Shown: piece after piece, positions 15,663-23,352 of the stretch
How the letters are laid out: each line of letters starts with the position of its first letter
Numbering within the stretch: position 1 is the stretch's first letter
NCBI GenBank assembly: GCA_041640075.1
Contig: JBEQAY010000015.1
Coordinates: 1-23,352, forward strand
Source of the DNA: Candidatus Nanohaloarchaea archaeon
GTDB taxonomy: Archaea > Nanohalarchaeota > Nanosalinia > Nanosalinales > Nanosalinaceae
Reading direction: 5' to 3'
Length of the DNA: 23,352 bases
Notes under the pieces: generated by a model
Seen by the model: the letters and a program-made list of their open reading frames with translations, nothing else
What the model was told of the DNA's origin: nothing
The model's database searches: none
Translations under genes and position numbers: made by a program

Positions 15663-17423
15663 TCACCTCTCAAGCTCCGAGAACTCTTCCTGCATCTGTT
15701 CTCGGACCTCCTCTACTTTGTCTTCCCAGTCTTCAGCGGTTTTAACTTCGCTGATTCTATTCTTTGAGTTCAGTGAGATGATGTCTTCTACGACTGCTCC
15801 TTCTTCTAGAGCTTCGTAAGCCATATCTCCCCAGTCAAGGATCAGTTCAAGGATGTTGAACGTTTTTTCTGGTGATGAGTACTGGTCAACAGGGTGGAAG
15901 GCGTTCTGCTGAAGGTAGAACTGCTTGATCAGAGTTCCAATCTCCAGAGTCAACCTTTCTCTGTCTGGAAGTGCATCTTTTCCGACGAGCTGCACTGTTT
16001 CCTGTAGCTCTCCATCTTTCTGAAGCAAATCTTTCATTCTCTGGATGTTTTCACTCCAGTCTTCATCTACTTCTTCCTCGAAGTGATCTGCGAGCATGTC
16101 TTCGTATCCGGAGTAGCTGTCGTCCCAGTTAATTGATGGGAAGTGTCTCTTCTCTGCTAGATCCTTATCCAGTGCCCAGAAGTTCTTTACAACTCTTAGA
16201 GTGTTCTGAGTTACTGGTTCGGAGAAGTCTCCTCCTGGAGGAGAAACAGCTCCAATAATTGATACTGAACCAGGATCCGTGTCTGCTAGAGGATCGACTC
16301 TTCCAGCTCTCTCGTAGAACTCTGCAAGTCGTGAAGCAAGGTATGCTGGATATCCTCTTTCTCCAGGCATCTCTTCCAGTCTCGCGGAAATTTCTCGCAT
16401 TGCTTCTGCCCAACGGGATGTGGAGTCTGCCATTAGTGCGACGTCCAGTCCCATGTCTCTGAAGTACTCTGCGATTGTAACTCCAGTATAGATTGAAGCT
16501 TCTCTTGCTGCTACAGGCATGTTTGAAGTGTTTGCAATCAGTACTGTTCTGTTTATGATTTTGTCTCCTGTCTGTGGATCTTCAAGCTCTGGGAACTCTT
16601 CTAGAACCTCTGTCATCTCGTTTCCACGTTCTCCGCATCCGATGTAGACGATGATGTCTGCGTCGGAGAACTTTGCAAGGCTCTGCTGTGTAACTGTTTT
16701 TCCTGTTCCGAATCCTCCAGGTACTGCTGCTGTTCCCCCCTTTGCGATCGGGAACAGTCCATCAAGAACTCTCTGCCCTGTTGTAAGTGGTACTTCTGGC
16801 TTGAGATCGTCTTCTACAGGTCTTGGCTCTCTGATCGGCCATTCCTGTCTCATGGAGATTTCCTCACCGTTATCAAGTGTGACGACTGTTTCTGAAACCA
16901 TGTGGTCGCCGCTTCTGATTTCTTCGATCTCTCCTTCTTCAACTGTTGGCGGTACGAGTACTTTGTGGGTTCCGAACTCGACGTCTACTTTTCCGATGAC
17001 GTCTCCCTGTTCGACGTGGTCACCTTCCTCTCTTGTCGGTCTGAACTCGTATTCTTCGTCCAGGTCGATTCCAGGTGCGTCCTCTCCACGTGAGATGAAG
17101 TCTCCTGTCATTTCCTGAAGCTGTGGTAGAGGTCTCTGTAGTCCGTCATAGATGGACGTCAGTAGTCCTGGACCTAGATCAACAGATAGAGGTTCTCCTG
17201 TGTTCTCTACAGGTTCTCCGGGTTTGACCCCGGTCGTGTCCTCGTAGACCTGAATGAATGCTTTTTCTCCTTCGATTTGAATAACTTCTCCCATCAGACC
17301 CTCTTCGCCGACGTGTACAACGTCGTACATCTGAGGATCCATCCCGGTCGCTACTACGACCGGTCCGGTAACTTTGTAGATTTCTCCGTCAGCATCTGCA
17401 TGCTGAAGATCTGCTTGTGCCAT
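15663..17423 (-). CDS. atpA: A/V-type ATP synthase catalytic subunit A (no intein)
   Basis: Walker [40 protein letters not shown]. Start moved to ATG 17423 because the ORF-track GTG at 17435 lies inside the AGGTGA SD. Confidence 0.98.
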   Translation of the reverse strand: MAQADLQHADADGEIYKVTGPVVVATGMDPQMYDVVHVGEEGLMGEVIQIEGEKAFIQVYEDTTGVKPGEPVENTGEPLSVDLGPGLLTSIYDGLQRPLPQLQEMTGDFISRGEDAPGIDLDEEYEFRPTREEGDHVEQGDVIGKVDVEFGTHKVLVPPTVEEGEIEEIRSGDHMVSETVVTLDNGEEISMRQEWPIREPRPVEDDLKPEVPLTTGQRVLDGLFPIAKGGTAAVPGGFGTGKTVTQQSLAKFSDADIIVYIGCGERGNEMTEVLEEFPELEDPQTGDKIINRTVLIANTSNMPVAAREASIYTGVTIAEYFRDMGLDVALMADSTSRWAEAMREISARLEEMPGERGYPAYLASRLAEFYERAGRVDPLADTDPGSVSIIGAVSPPGGDFSEPVTQNTLRVVKNFWALDKDLAEKRHFPSINWDDSYSGYEDMLADHFEEEVDEDWSENIQRMKDLLQKDGELQETVQLVGKDALPDRERLTLEIGTLIKQFYLQQNAFHPVDQYSSPEKTFNILELILDWGDMAYEALEEGAVVEDIISLNSKNRISEVKTAEDWEDKVEEVREQMQEEFSELER

Positions 17424-17463
17424 TTTTTGATTCACCTTATAGTATAAATTTTAATTTTTCTGC

Positions 17464-17784
17464 TTAGCCTGTGATGTCGGCTCCTATCGCTTTCTTGATT
17501 TTCTCCTGAAGTCTCTCACTTTCCGCTTCCTCTGAAAGTGATACGACAACAGGGTTTACACTTGATCCGATATCCTGTCTAACCCTTTTCGTCAACTCTT
17601 GGAGGTCTGATTCCTTTACGACCAGAATACCTATGTCGTCTCTATCCGTAATTTCCTGAATCTTTTCCTCGTAGTTTTCCTTTGTAAATACCTCTTGTAC
17701 TCCTGCAAGCTTGAAACCAAGCCTGAAGTCAGAGTCGCCGATTACAGCAATTTTTCTTTTTTCTGATTCATCTATTTCGCTCAT
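17464..17784 (-). CDS. atpF: A/V-type ATP synthase subunit F
   Basis: IAVIGDSDFRLGFKLAGV...IKKAIGADI; TAATG overlap with subunit C. Confidence 0.95.
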   Translation of the reverse strand: MSEIDESEKRKIAVIGDSDFRLGFKLAGVQEVFTKENYEEKIQEITDRDDIGILVVKESDLQELTKRVRQDIGSSVNPVVVSLSEEAESERLQEKIKKAIGADITG

Positions 17785-18800
17785 TAGTCTATCACCAGGT
17801 TCTCTCTGATCTCTTCCGCGCTCTGTATTCCGGTTGATTTTGCCTGTATAATCATTCTGAGGTTGTTGACCTCCACGATCTTCGCGATTATGTAGGCGAT
17901 TACAGATGTCAGGCCCATGCTTTCTGTCTTCATGGCTTTCCTTGCTTTTCTTCTGCGGGCGATCTGAAGCTGCAGTTCAACGTTTTCCATGGAACCGTCT
18001 TCTATATCCCAGCTGGATTCCTCAACAAGTTCAACGGCGTCTTCAAGGCTTCCTGCATTTATACAGTCCTCGACAAGTTCGCTTACTTCGACTTCGATAA
18101 GTCTCTCACGTATATCTTCATCTTCAACTCCGTGCTTCTTCAACCTTAGAACTGTTCTCAGGTTCTCGTATTCAAGCTCACTTCTTACAAAGCTCCGGAA
18201 GCTTTCGTTTCCTGTACTGTCTGCCTTTGAAAGAAGCTCTTCGAAGTATGCTGTGTCGAGGGCGTTTTCAAGCTCCTCTACGCTGTCAGAGGCTTCCATC
18301 TCTGCGGTGTAATCTTTTGAACCTTCGAACTCTATTTCCTTCAGTATTTCCTCAAGTGTTTTTTCGGAGAGCTCCTGAATTTTCTCCATATCCAGTTTGT
18401 ATCCCGGCCCGATTACTGCTTCTATTTCCTCTCTTTCATCAGATTTCTTCCACCGGATAATCCTCTTGTATGTTGTAACATCTATACGCCGGATGAAAGT
18501 CTCTATTATATCTGCCAGACCGTTCGGACTGATTTCAACCAGTTCTTTCAGCTCCCTGTACATGTTGTTCCTTAATGCTGCTTCTACCAGTTGTGTGCCT
18601 TCAAGCTGTGATCCTAGGTGGTTGATTTCTTTGCCGTAGCCTCCTTCTTCTAGTTTACGGGCGATCTCGTTACTCTCCATCTTCAGGAGCTGTTCGTAAT
18701 CCTGTCTGTCCAGAAGCTTTGCTCCTTTAGCTGAGACTCTGGCGTTCATGTACGGGTAATCCCTGCCCGGGAGGAGTTTCTTCAGTCCTGAAGTTCTCAT
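17784..18800 (-). CDS. atpC: A/V-type ATP synthase subunit C
   Basis: YPYMNARVSAK...LL; YIIAKIVEVNNLRMII; expected operon position. Confidence 0.93.
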   Translation of the reverse strand: MRTSGLKKLLPGRDYPYMNARVSAKGAKLLDRQDYEQLLKMESNEIARKLEEGGYGKEINHLGSQLEGTQLVEAALRNNMYRELKELVEISPNGLADIIETFIRRIDVTTYKRIIRWKKSDEREEIEAVIGPGYKLDMEKIQELSEKTLEEILKEIEFEGSKDYTAEMEASDSVEELENALDTAYFEELLSKADSTGNESFRSFVRSELEYENLRTVLRLKKHGVEDEDIRERLIEVEVSELVEDCINAGSLEDAVELVEESSWDIEDGSMENVELQLQIARRRKARKAMKTESMGLTSVIAYIIAKIVEVNNLRMIIQAKSTGIQSAEEIRENLVID

Positions 18801-18805
18801 AGTTC

Positions 18806-19342
18806 TTACTCGAAAAGTTTTTCAGCTACTTTTTTCCTGTAGTCTTCTCTGAAATCTTCCACGATTTTGTCGAAAGTATAGTTTACACGCCTCTCGCCGT
18901 CACTTGAGACAAGGATAACACCTTGCCTGTCAGTTTCCTCAAACTCATAACCGGATGCTGCTTCCTGGAAGTCACTGCTTCCAATGACCTTTTCTACCTC
19001 AAAAACGGCGTCTTCAACAGCTTTCTCAAGGAAGTCCTGTTTCTCTTGTTCGGTGAGGTCTTCAAGCTCTTCCCTGAATTCGCTGAAAATGTTCTGGATT
19101 GCGTCCTGTTTTGCCTCCAGTTTGATCTTTTTGGCTTCCATGTTTGCGTTTGATTCCGTTCTCTTCTTCATGGATTCTTTTTTATCTTCTACTTCCTGTT
19201 CAGCTTCTTCTCTTATTTCTTCTGCTTTTTCATCTGCTTCTTCCAGTAATCTTTCTTCTTCTGCTTCAGCTTCTTCCAGTATCTGTTTTTTCTCCTGTTT
19301 TGCTTCCTGTATGATCTCGTTTTTTACGTCTTCTAGTCCCAT
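18806..19342 (-). CDS. atpE: A/V-type ATP synthase subunit E
   Basis: MGLEDVKNEII coiled coil; GVILVSSDGERRVNYTFD; VAEKLF; SD AGGTGA. Confidence 0.95.
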   Translation of the reverse strand: MGLEDVKNEIIQEAKQEKKQILEEAEAEEERLLEEADEKAEEIREEAEQEVEDKKESMKKRTESNANMEAKKIKLEAKQDAIQNIFSEFREELEDLTEQEKQDFLEKAVEDAVFEVEKVIGSSDFQEAASGYEFEETDRQGVILVSSDGERRVNYTFDKIVEDFREDYRKKVAEKLFE

Positions 19343-19427
19343 CCTGTGTTTTTCACCTGTGTGTTGTGGTTTGCGTGTGTTGAATAGTAAATGAAGGGAG
19401 GACGTTGAAGGTCCTCCGGGAGTTTTT

Positions 19428-19646
19428 CTAAATGAATCCTGCGATAATCAGTGCCACGACCAGTCCGAAGATAACCATGGTCTCCGGGATAACTGTAAGA
19501 ACTAGGACCTGTCCGAAGAGTGAATCGTCTTCGGCTAGAGCTCCTACTCCTGCAGCTCCGATCTTAGCCTGTGTGTAGGCTGTCGCGATTGCTGCACCTA
19601 CAACTGCGGCTGCGGCACCGATTGCTGCCATTCCTTCAATTGCCAT
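19428..19646 (-). CDS. atpK: A/V-type ATP synthase proteolipid subunit K/c (single hairpin)
   Basis: Two TM helices with the ion-binding Glu in IPETMVIFG; SD GAGGTGA. Confidence 0.97.
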   Translation of the reverse strand: MAIEGMAAIGAAAAVVGAAIATAYTQAKIGAAGVGALAEDDSLFGQVLVLTVIPETMVIFGLVVALIIAGFI

Positions 19647-19715
19647 TGAGTGATTTTCACCTCAAATATAGATTTCTAATTGAAAATTCCTTTCGGAATT
19701 TTCGGCTCCTCGGCT

Positions 19716-21527
19716 TCATGCTGAACCCTCAGCACCGAAAGGAGCGTATTTTTTGCCGCCTCCTTCGTAGAACTTTCCGAACATCTCCACGTAGTGGAGT
19801 CGGATTCCCTGAAGGAAGCCTTCCATGATTTTGATGAACGTGTTGAATGTGTGTCCGAAGATCAGGATTGCGGTTCCGCCGACCAGTCCTGTCATTGATC
19901 CCATCTCGAACAGTGGGGCGGCCAGTCCGTTGACAACTTTAGCAAGTGAGACTGCGGCCACTGCTACTCCGAAAACTCGGAGGTAAGATAGGATGTTTGA
20001 AACCAGTGAAGGAATCTCGACTACTCCTTCTATGCCTTCTCCCTTGTAGAGCAGGGCTACTGAAACAATAGCCATCGGAAGACCGACTACTGCCCCGTAA
20101 AGGTAAAGTGCTACTGCACTTATCTCCAGCATCACCCAACTTCCCTTTTCTAGGAAAGCCTCAATGAAACCGTGGTTGATGTATTCATTGTAAAATCCGA
20201 TCAGGTAGCCAAGGTTGATGTGGAAAACTCCGAAGGCTGCTGCAACAGGTAGCACCTGTCCCAGGTGCTCAGCTCTGTGGAACAGGATGGGGATCTCTGT
20301 CAAGAACTCCCATCCCGTTAATGCATAAAGAGCATTGTGGTCTGGTCCAAAGATAACATATCCGAATGCATCACCGAACGCCAGGCCGAATATGACTGTG
20401 AACATTGATGCCCACATCAGTGACTTGAAGATGTCCTGTGCAGCAGGGATCATCCTGTAACCTGCCAGGAAGACCAGAAAACTGGTCAAACCGTATCCTG
20501 CGTCCCCGATCATGAAACCGAAGAGAGCAGGGAAAGTCAGCAAAATAACGAAAGATGGATCGATTTCGTTGTACTTCGGTACTGACATTAGATCCGTAAG
20601 TGACTCAAAAGGCTGAACAATACCCGGATTATCATGCTGTACGGGAGGGTTTTCTCCTTCCTCTTCTTCTATGTGGATCTTGCCTTCAGTAGCATCACAT
20701 AGAATTTCCTCAACTTCTTCGAGTCTTTCTGAAGGGATCCATCCCTCTGCGATAAATGCTTTTTCTGTAGTAGCAAACTTTAGAGGTGCTTCAGCTTTCT
20801 CAACCTTTTCTGTAAGGAATTTCTCTGCAGACTCAAGGCTTGGACGCCATTCGCTTGATATACTCTCAAGCTTGTCTTCTCTGCTGGATCTTTGATCTTC
20901 AAGCCTTTTTCTCTCATCTTTCTTTTTCTGAATAAGTGACTTGATGCTTCCCTGATGATCTAAGTCAGGTAAAGTAATTTCCTTGTAAGTAGCTGAGGTC
21001 AGAAGATTTTCGAACTCGTCGTCAGGTTTGTACGTGACAACGCTTGCATTTTTACCTTCAAAAATCTCGTAGTATTGGTAGGAACTCCCTTCCTCTATTT
21101 TTTCCCTGTGAACCTTACCTATGAATGTTTCAAGAGTCTCAGTACCTTTTAGGTCTTCGAAGTTAAGGTCTATACCTTTCAGTTTCCTTAAAGTTCTCTG
21201 AGTGTCCTTTACCTGGTCGATCTGCCTTTCGATAGCCTCAAGCTCTCTTTCTATTTCATCGACCTGTTCTTCAAGATCTGAAGTATTTTCCTGAATCTCC
21301 TCCAGGCTTTTGTCTGCAACTCCCTCCTCTTCTGTTTCTGGAAGTCTTGATAGAAGTGATCTCAGGTTTACGAGTGTCTTGGAAAGTTCTTCGGCTTCTT
21401 CGAAAGGTTCTCCAGTCTCAAGTTCTTCTCCTTCGTAGTCCTCGATATCCATCAGTTCGAGGTCGTAGAGCGTGCTTATTACTGTTTCTAACTGGTTCTT
21501 CGGACCGGTTACTGAGATTTTGGTCAT
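19716..21527 (-). CDS. atpI: A/V-type ATP synthase subunit I/a (true start possibly 15-21 nt further upstream)
   Basis: PKYNEIDPS; FGFMIGDAGYG; SNILSYLRVFG (essential Arg); IRLHYVEMFGKFYEGGG. Confidence 0.97.
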   Translation of the reverse strand: MTKISVTGPKNQLETVISTLYDLELMDIEDYEGEELETGEPFEEAEELSKTLVNLRSLLSRLPETEEEGVADKSLEEIQENTSDLEEQVDEIERELEAIERQIDQVKDTQRTLRKLKGIDLNFEDLKGTETLETFIGKVHREKIEEGSSYQYYEIFEGKNASVVTYKPDDEFENLLTSATYKEITLPDLDHQGSIKSLIQKKKDERKRLEDQRSSREDKLESISSEWRPSLESAEKFLTEKVEKAEAPLKFATTEKAFIAEGWIPSERLEEVEEILCDATEGKIHIEEEEGENPPVQHDNPGIVQPFESLTDLMSVPKYNEIDPSFVILLTFPALFGFMIGDAGYGLTSFLVFLAGYRMIPAAQDIFKSLMWASMFTVIFGLAFGDAFGYVIFGPDHNALYALTGWEFLTEIPILFHRAEHLGQVLPVAAAFGVFHINLGYLIGFYNEYINHGFIEAFLEKGSWVMLEISAVALYLYGAVVGLPMAIVSVALLYKGEGIEGVVEIPSLVSNILSYLRVFGVAVAAVSLAKVVNGLAAPLFEMGSMTGLVGGTAILIFGHTFNTFIKIMEGFLQGIRLHYVEMFGKFYEGGGKKYAPFGAEGSA

Positions 21528-21554
21528 TTCTAGTGGTTTGATAGTTATCGACCT

Positions 21555-21872
21555 TTAGAGGTATTCTTCCGAGAATTTTTCGTTAAGGAATTCGATTACG
21601 TCTTCCTTGTTTTCTTCAGCTGTTTCTTTGAGATCTTCTGCTTCGTTTTCTCCTTCGCTGATAATTTCTTGACGTCTTTCTTCCATTTTTTCTTCGAACT
21701 CTTCCAGCTCTTCTTCCTTCATCTGACTGGCTTCTTCATTTGCCTCTTCAATTATCTCTTTTTTCCTCTTCTCTGCGTTTCTTATAGTCTCTTCTTTTTC
21801 CTGCCTTGCTTCATTTAAAATCTCCTTGCTTCTTTCTTCGGCATCTCTTACTTCATCAACAACTGTTTCCAC
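21555..21872 (-). CDS. atpH: A/V-type ATP synthase subunit H/G (peripheral stalk)
   Basis: Charged right-handed coiled coil (VDEVRDAEERSKEILNEA) and first gene of the operon. GTG 21872 lies 7 nt from SD GAGGTG (21880-21885); TTG 21878 is the alternative start. Confidence 0.85.
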   Translation of the reverse strand: METVVDEVRDAEERSKEILNEARQEKEETIRNAEKRKKEIIEEANEEASQMKEEELEEFEEKMEERRQEIISEGENEAEDLKETAEENKEDVIEFLNEKFSEEYL

Positions 21873-21901
21873 GGGCAAACACCTCTAATAACCACCATCC
21901 T

Positions 21902-21960
21902 GAAAGCCTTATAAAGGGTTTGACCTCGACCACCTCTCTTCCACTTTATAAAAGTTTTCA
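21902..21960. promoter_or_regulatory. Divergent promoter region atp operon / trm1 with two TATA boxes
   Basis: TTATAAA at 21909-21915 (GAAAG upstream on plus) and TTTATAAAA at 21945-21953 (GAAAAC upstream on minus). Assignment of each box to a gene is ambiguous. Confidence 0.6.
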
Positions 21961-21973
21961 GAGCCGGTCGTTC

Positions 21974-21989
21974 ACCTAAAAAGAATTCT
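21974..21989 (+). repeat. Left arm of 16-bp perfect inverted repeat flanking trm1
   Basis: ACCTAAAAAGAATTCT is the exact reverse complement of 23117-23132. Confidence 0.9.
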
Positions 21990-22007
21990 CAAACAAAAAG
22001 TAGTATT

Positions 22008-23117
22008 ATGAAAGAGCGAGGCTGGGAAATCTTTGCAACAGAGGAAGACGAACCGGACAAAGACTCAGACGTATTCTTCAACCCGGCCATGAAGTTGAAT
22101 AGGGATCTCTCGGAGATAGCTGCAAAAGTCTTCAAGAAACAGGCAGACATCGACGAGTTCCGAGTCTGTGACCCTATGGCAGCTTCTGGAATAAGAGGAT
22201 TCAGATACTCCGATATAGCTGACAAACTGCACCTAGCTGATGTCAATCCAGAAGCCATCAAAAGTATAGAGAAAGGGCTTGACAAAAATAATATAGACGC
22301 GGAAGTCCATGAAAAAGATGCTAACGTGCTGCTATCAGAGTACAGAAATTTCTTCCATTTAATAGATATAGATCCATTCGGCCCTTTCACAAAGTTCTTG
22401 GACTCTGCTGCCCGTGCAGCAAACCACTCCAGCTTCGTCGGACTGACGGCAACCGATAATGGAGCAGCTTCTGGAAGCTATCCAACGGTTTGTGAACGAC
22501 GCTACGGATCCAAACCCATCAGAAACAGTTTCATGCATGAAACAGGTCTCAGAATTTACATAAAGGAGGCTTTCCAGAATTTTGCCCGATTTGACAAATG
22601 CTTTGAACCTAAAGCCTGCTTCCAGGAGCGACACTACGCCCGGGTCATGGGTCGTGTAACGGAATCAAAGAGCAGATGCAACCAGAACCTGGAAAACATC
22701 GGCTACCTGACGTACTGTCCTGAATGCCGGTGGAGAAAACTTGAAAGAAAACAGGAATGCAAGTTCTGCGGAAACAAAGAACTGCAGTACGCTGGCCCTC
22801 TATGGACGGGAAACTTGGGAGACCAGAGATTCACTGACGAAATGCTTGAAGAAGTTCCCGAGCAATGGGATGAAGCCAGAGACTACATTGAAACTCTAGA
22901 CAACGAGGTAAATATCAGGACTCCGTTCTACGAGATCCATGAGATGAGCTCCGAACTCGATGTCCAGGCACCGAGAACAGACAATGTCATCAAACATTTG
23001 AGAGACAAAGGCTACATAGTCTCAAGAACCCACTTTGAGCCAACGGGAGTTCGCACCGATGCGCCATTTGAAGATGTGAGAGAGGCGATAAGGGAAGAGA
23101 GTACTTCAAACACATAA
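22008..23117 (+). CDS. trm1: tRNA (guanine(26)-N2,N2)-dimethyltransferase
   Basis: VFFNPAMKLNRDLS; DPMAASGIRGFRY; IDIDPFG; LTATD; ETGLRI; CPEC/CKFC Zn site; AGPLWTG; SRTHF..GVRTDAP. Confidence 0.96.
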   Translation: MKERGWEIFATEEDEPDKDSDVFFNPAMKLNRDLSEIAAKVFKKQADIDEFRVCDPMAASGIRGFRYSDIADKLHLADVNPEAIKSIEKGLDKNNIDAEVHEKDANVLLSEYRNFFHLIDIDPFGPFTKFLDSAARAANHSSFVGLTATDNGAASGSYPTVCERRYGSKPIRNSFMHETGLRIYIKEAFQNFARFDKCFEPKACFQERHYARVMGRVTESKSRCNQNLENIGYLTYCPECRWRKLERKQECKFCGNKELQYAGPLWTGNLGDQRFTDEMLEEVPEQWDEARDYIETLDNEVNIRTPFYEIHEMSSELDVQAPRTDNVIKHLRDKGYIVSRTHFEPTGVRTDAPFEDVREAIREESTSNT

Positions 23118-23132
23118 GAATTCTTTTTAGGT
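23117..23132 (-). repeat. Right arm of 16-bp perfect inverted repeat flanking trm1
   Basis: AGAATTCTTTTTAGGT begins at the last base of the trm1 stop codon. Confidence 0.9.
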
Positions 23133-23275
23133 TTGAAAGAAAACTTTTAGGATCTAAAACTTCTTTAGAAGACTTGAAATAGTTTTTAAGTTGTTTAAAA
23201 AAGTTTTCTGGTTTGTCTACACCATTCATGTTGTTCGGAAAATTTTTTAAAGGCGTCGACAACAGTTTCAAATAA

Positions 23276-23352
23276 ATGGCAAAAAGAAGCTATGTTGAAG
23301 ACGATAGAAAGACTGTAAAACGCTCAATACAGGACAGAAGAGTTATTGAAAA
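23276..23352 (+). CDS. 5' end of an unidentified ORF running off the window (MAKRSYVEDDRKTVKRSIQDRRVIE...)
   Basis: ATG at 23276 is open to the window end, with a TTTTTTAAA box ~30 nt upstream (leaderless spacing). Confidence 0.5.
   Translation, partial: MAKRSYVEDDRKTVKRSIQDRRVIE

Noticed and set aside
15663..17423. Intein in ATP synthase subunit A
   Set aside because: Length is normal (~586 aa) and the sequence is continuous through Walker A and GCGERGNE.
17424..17435. Extended atpA N-terminus MNQK from GTG 17435
   Set aside because: That GTG is part of the AGGTGA Shine-Dalgarno; ATG 17423 has normal spacing.
21974..23132. IS element or MITE defined by the inverted repeats
   Set aside because: The enclosed gene is housekeeping trm1, there is no transposase, and the flanks (TTC / TTG) show no clear target-site duplication.
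23118..23275. CRISPR array or tRNA in the AT-rich gaps (also 1099-1177 and 13234-13338)
   Set aside because: No identical repeats with spacers and no cloverleaf or T-loop consensus.

Overview
Archaeal chromosomal window, most likely from an extremely halophilic DPANN lineage (Nanohaloarchaeota-like). This placement is inferred from the strongly acidic proteins, moderate GC, compact intergenics, archaeal TATA boxes and GGTGA Shine-Dalgarno sites. Left to right it holds: a 5'-truncated membrane-anchored surface glycoprotein; an HTH regulator; a histone-fold protein with a coiled-coil tail; two small ORFs and an MFS transporter; a minus-strand block (coiled-coil membrane protein, membrane protein, MoxR AAA+, DUF58/vWA, metallophosphoesterase); a divergent plus-strand trio of uncharacterised large genes; a small Zn-binding protein; a complete A/V-type ATP synthase operon (H-I-K-E-C-F-A-B-D); trm1; and the start of another ORF. 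The best candidate for an undescribed system is the trio at 7678-13233: a coiled-coil protein with an embedded XRE-like HTH, an endonuclease IV/xylose-isomerase-type TIM barrel split by a ~415-aa insertion, and a nucleotidyltransferase fused to two HEPN-like repeats. Non-coding oddities include a perfect 16-bp inverted repeat bracketing trm1, in-frame atpH/atpI with a conserved N-terminus upstream of the first ATG, and hairpins punctuating the ATP synthase operon. No rRNA, tRNA, CRISPR or transposase was seen.
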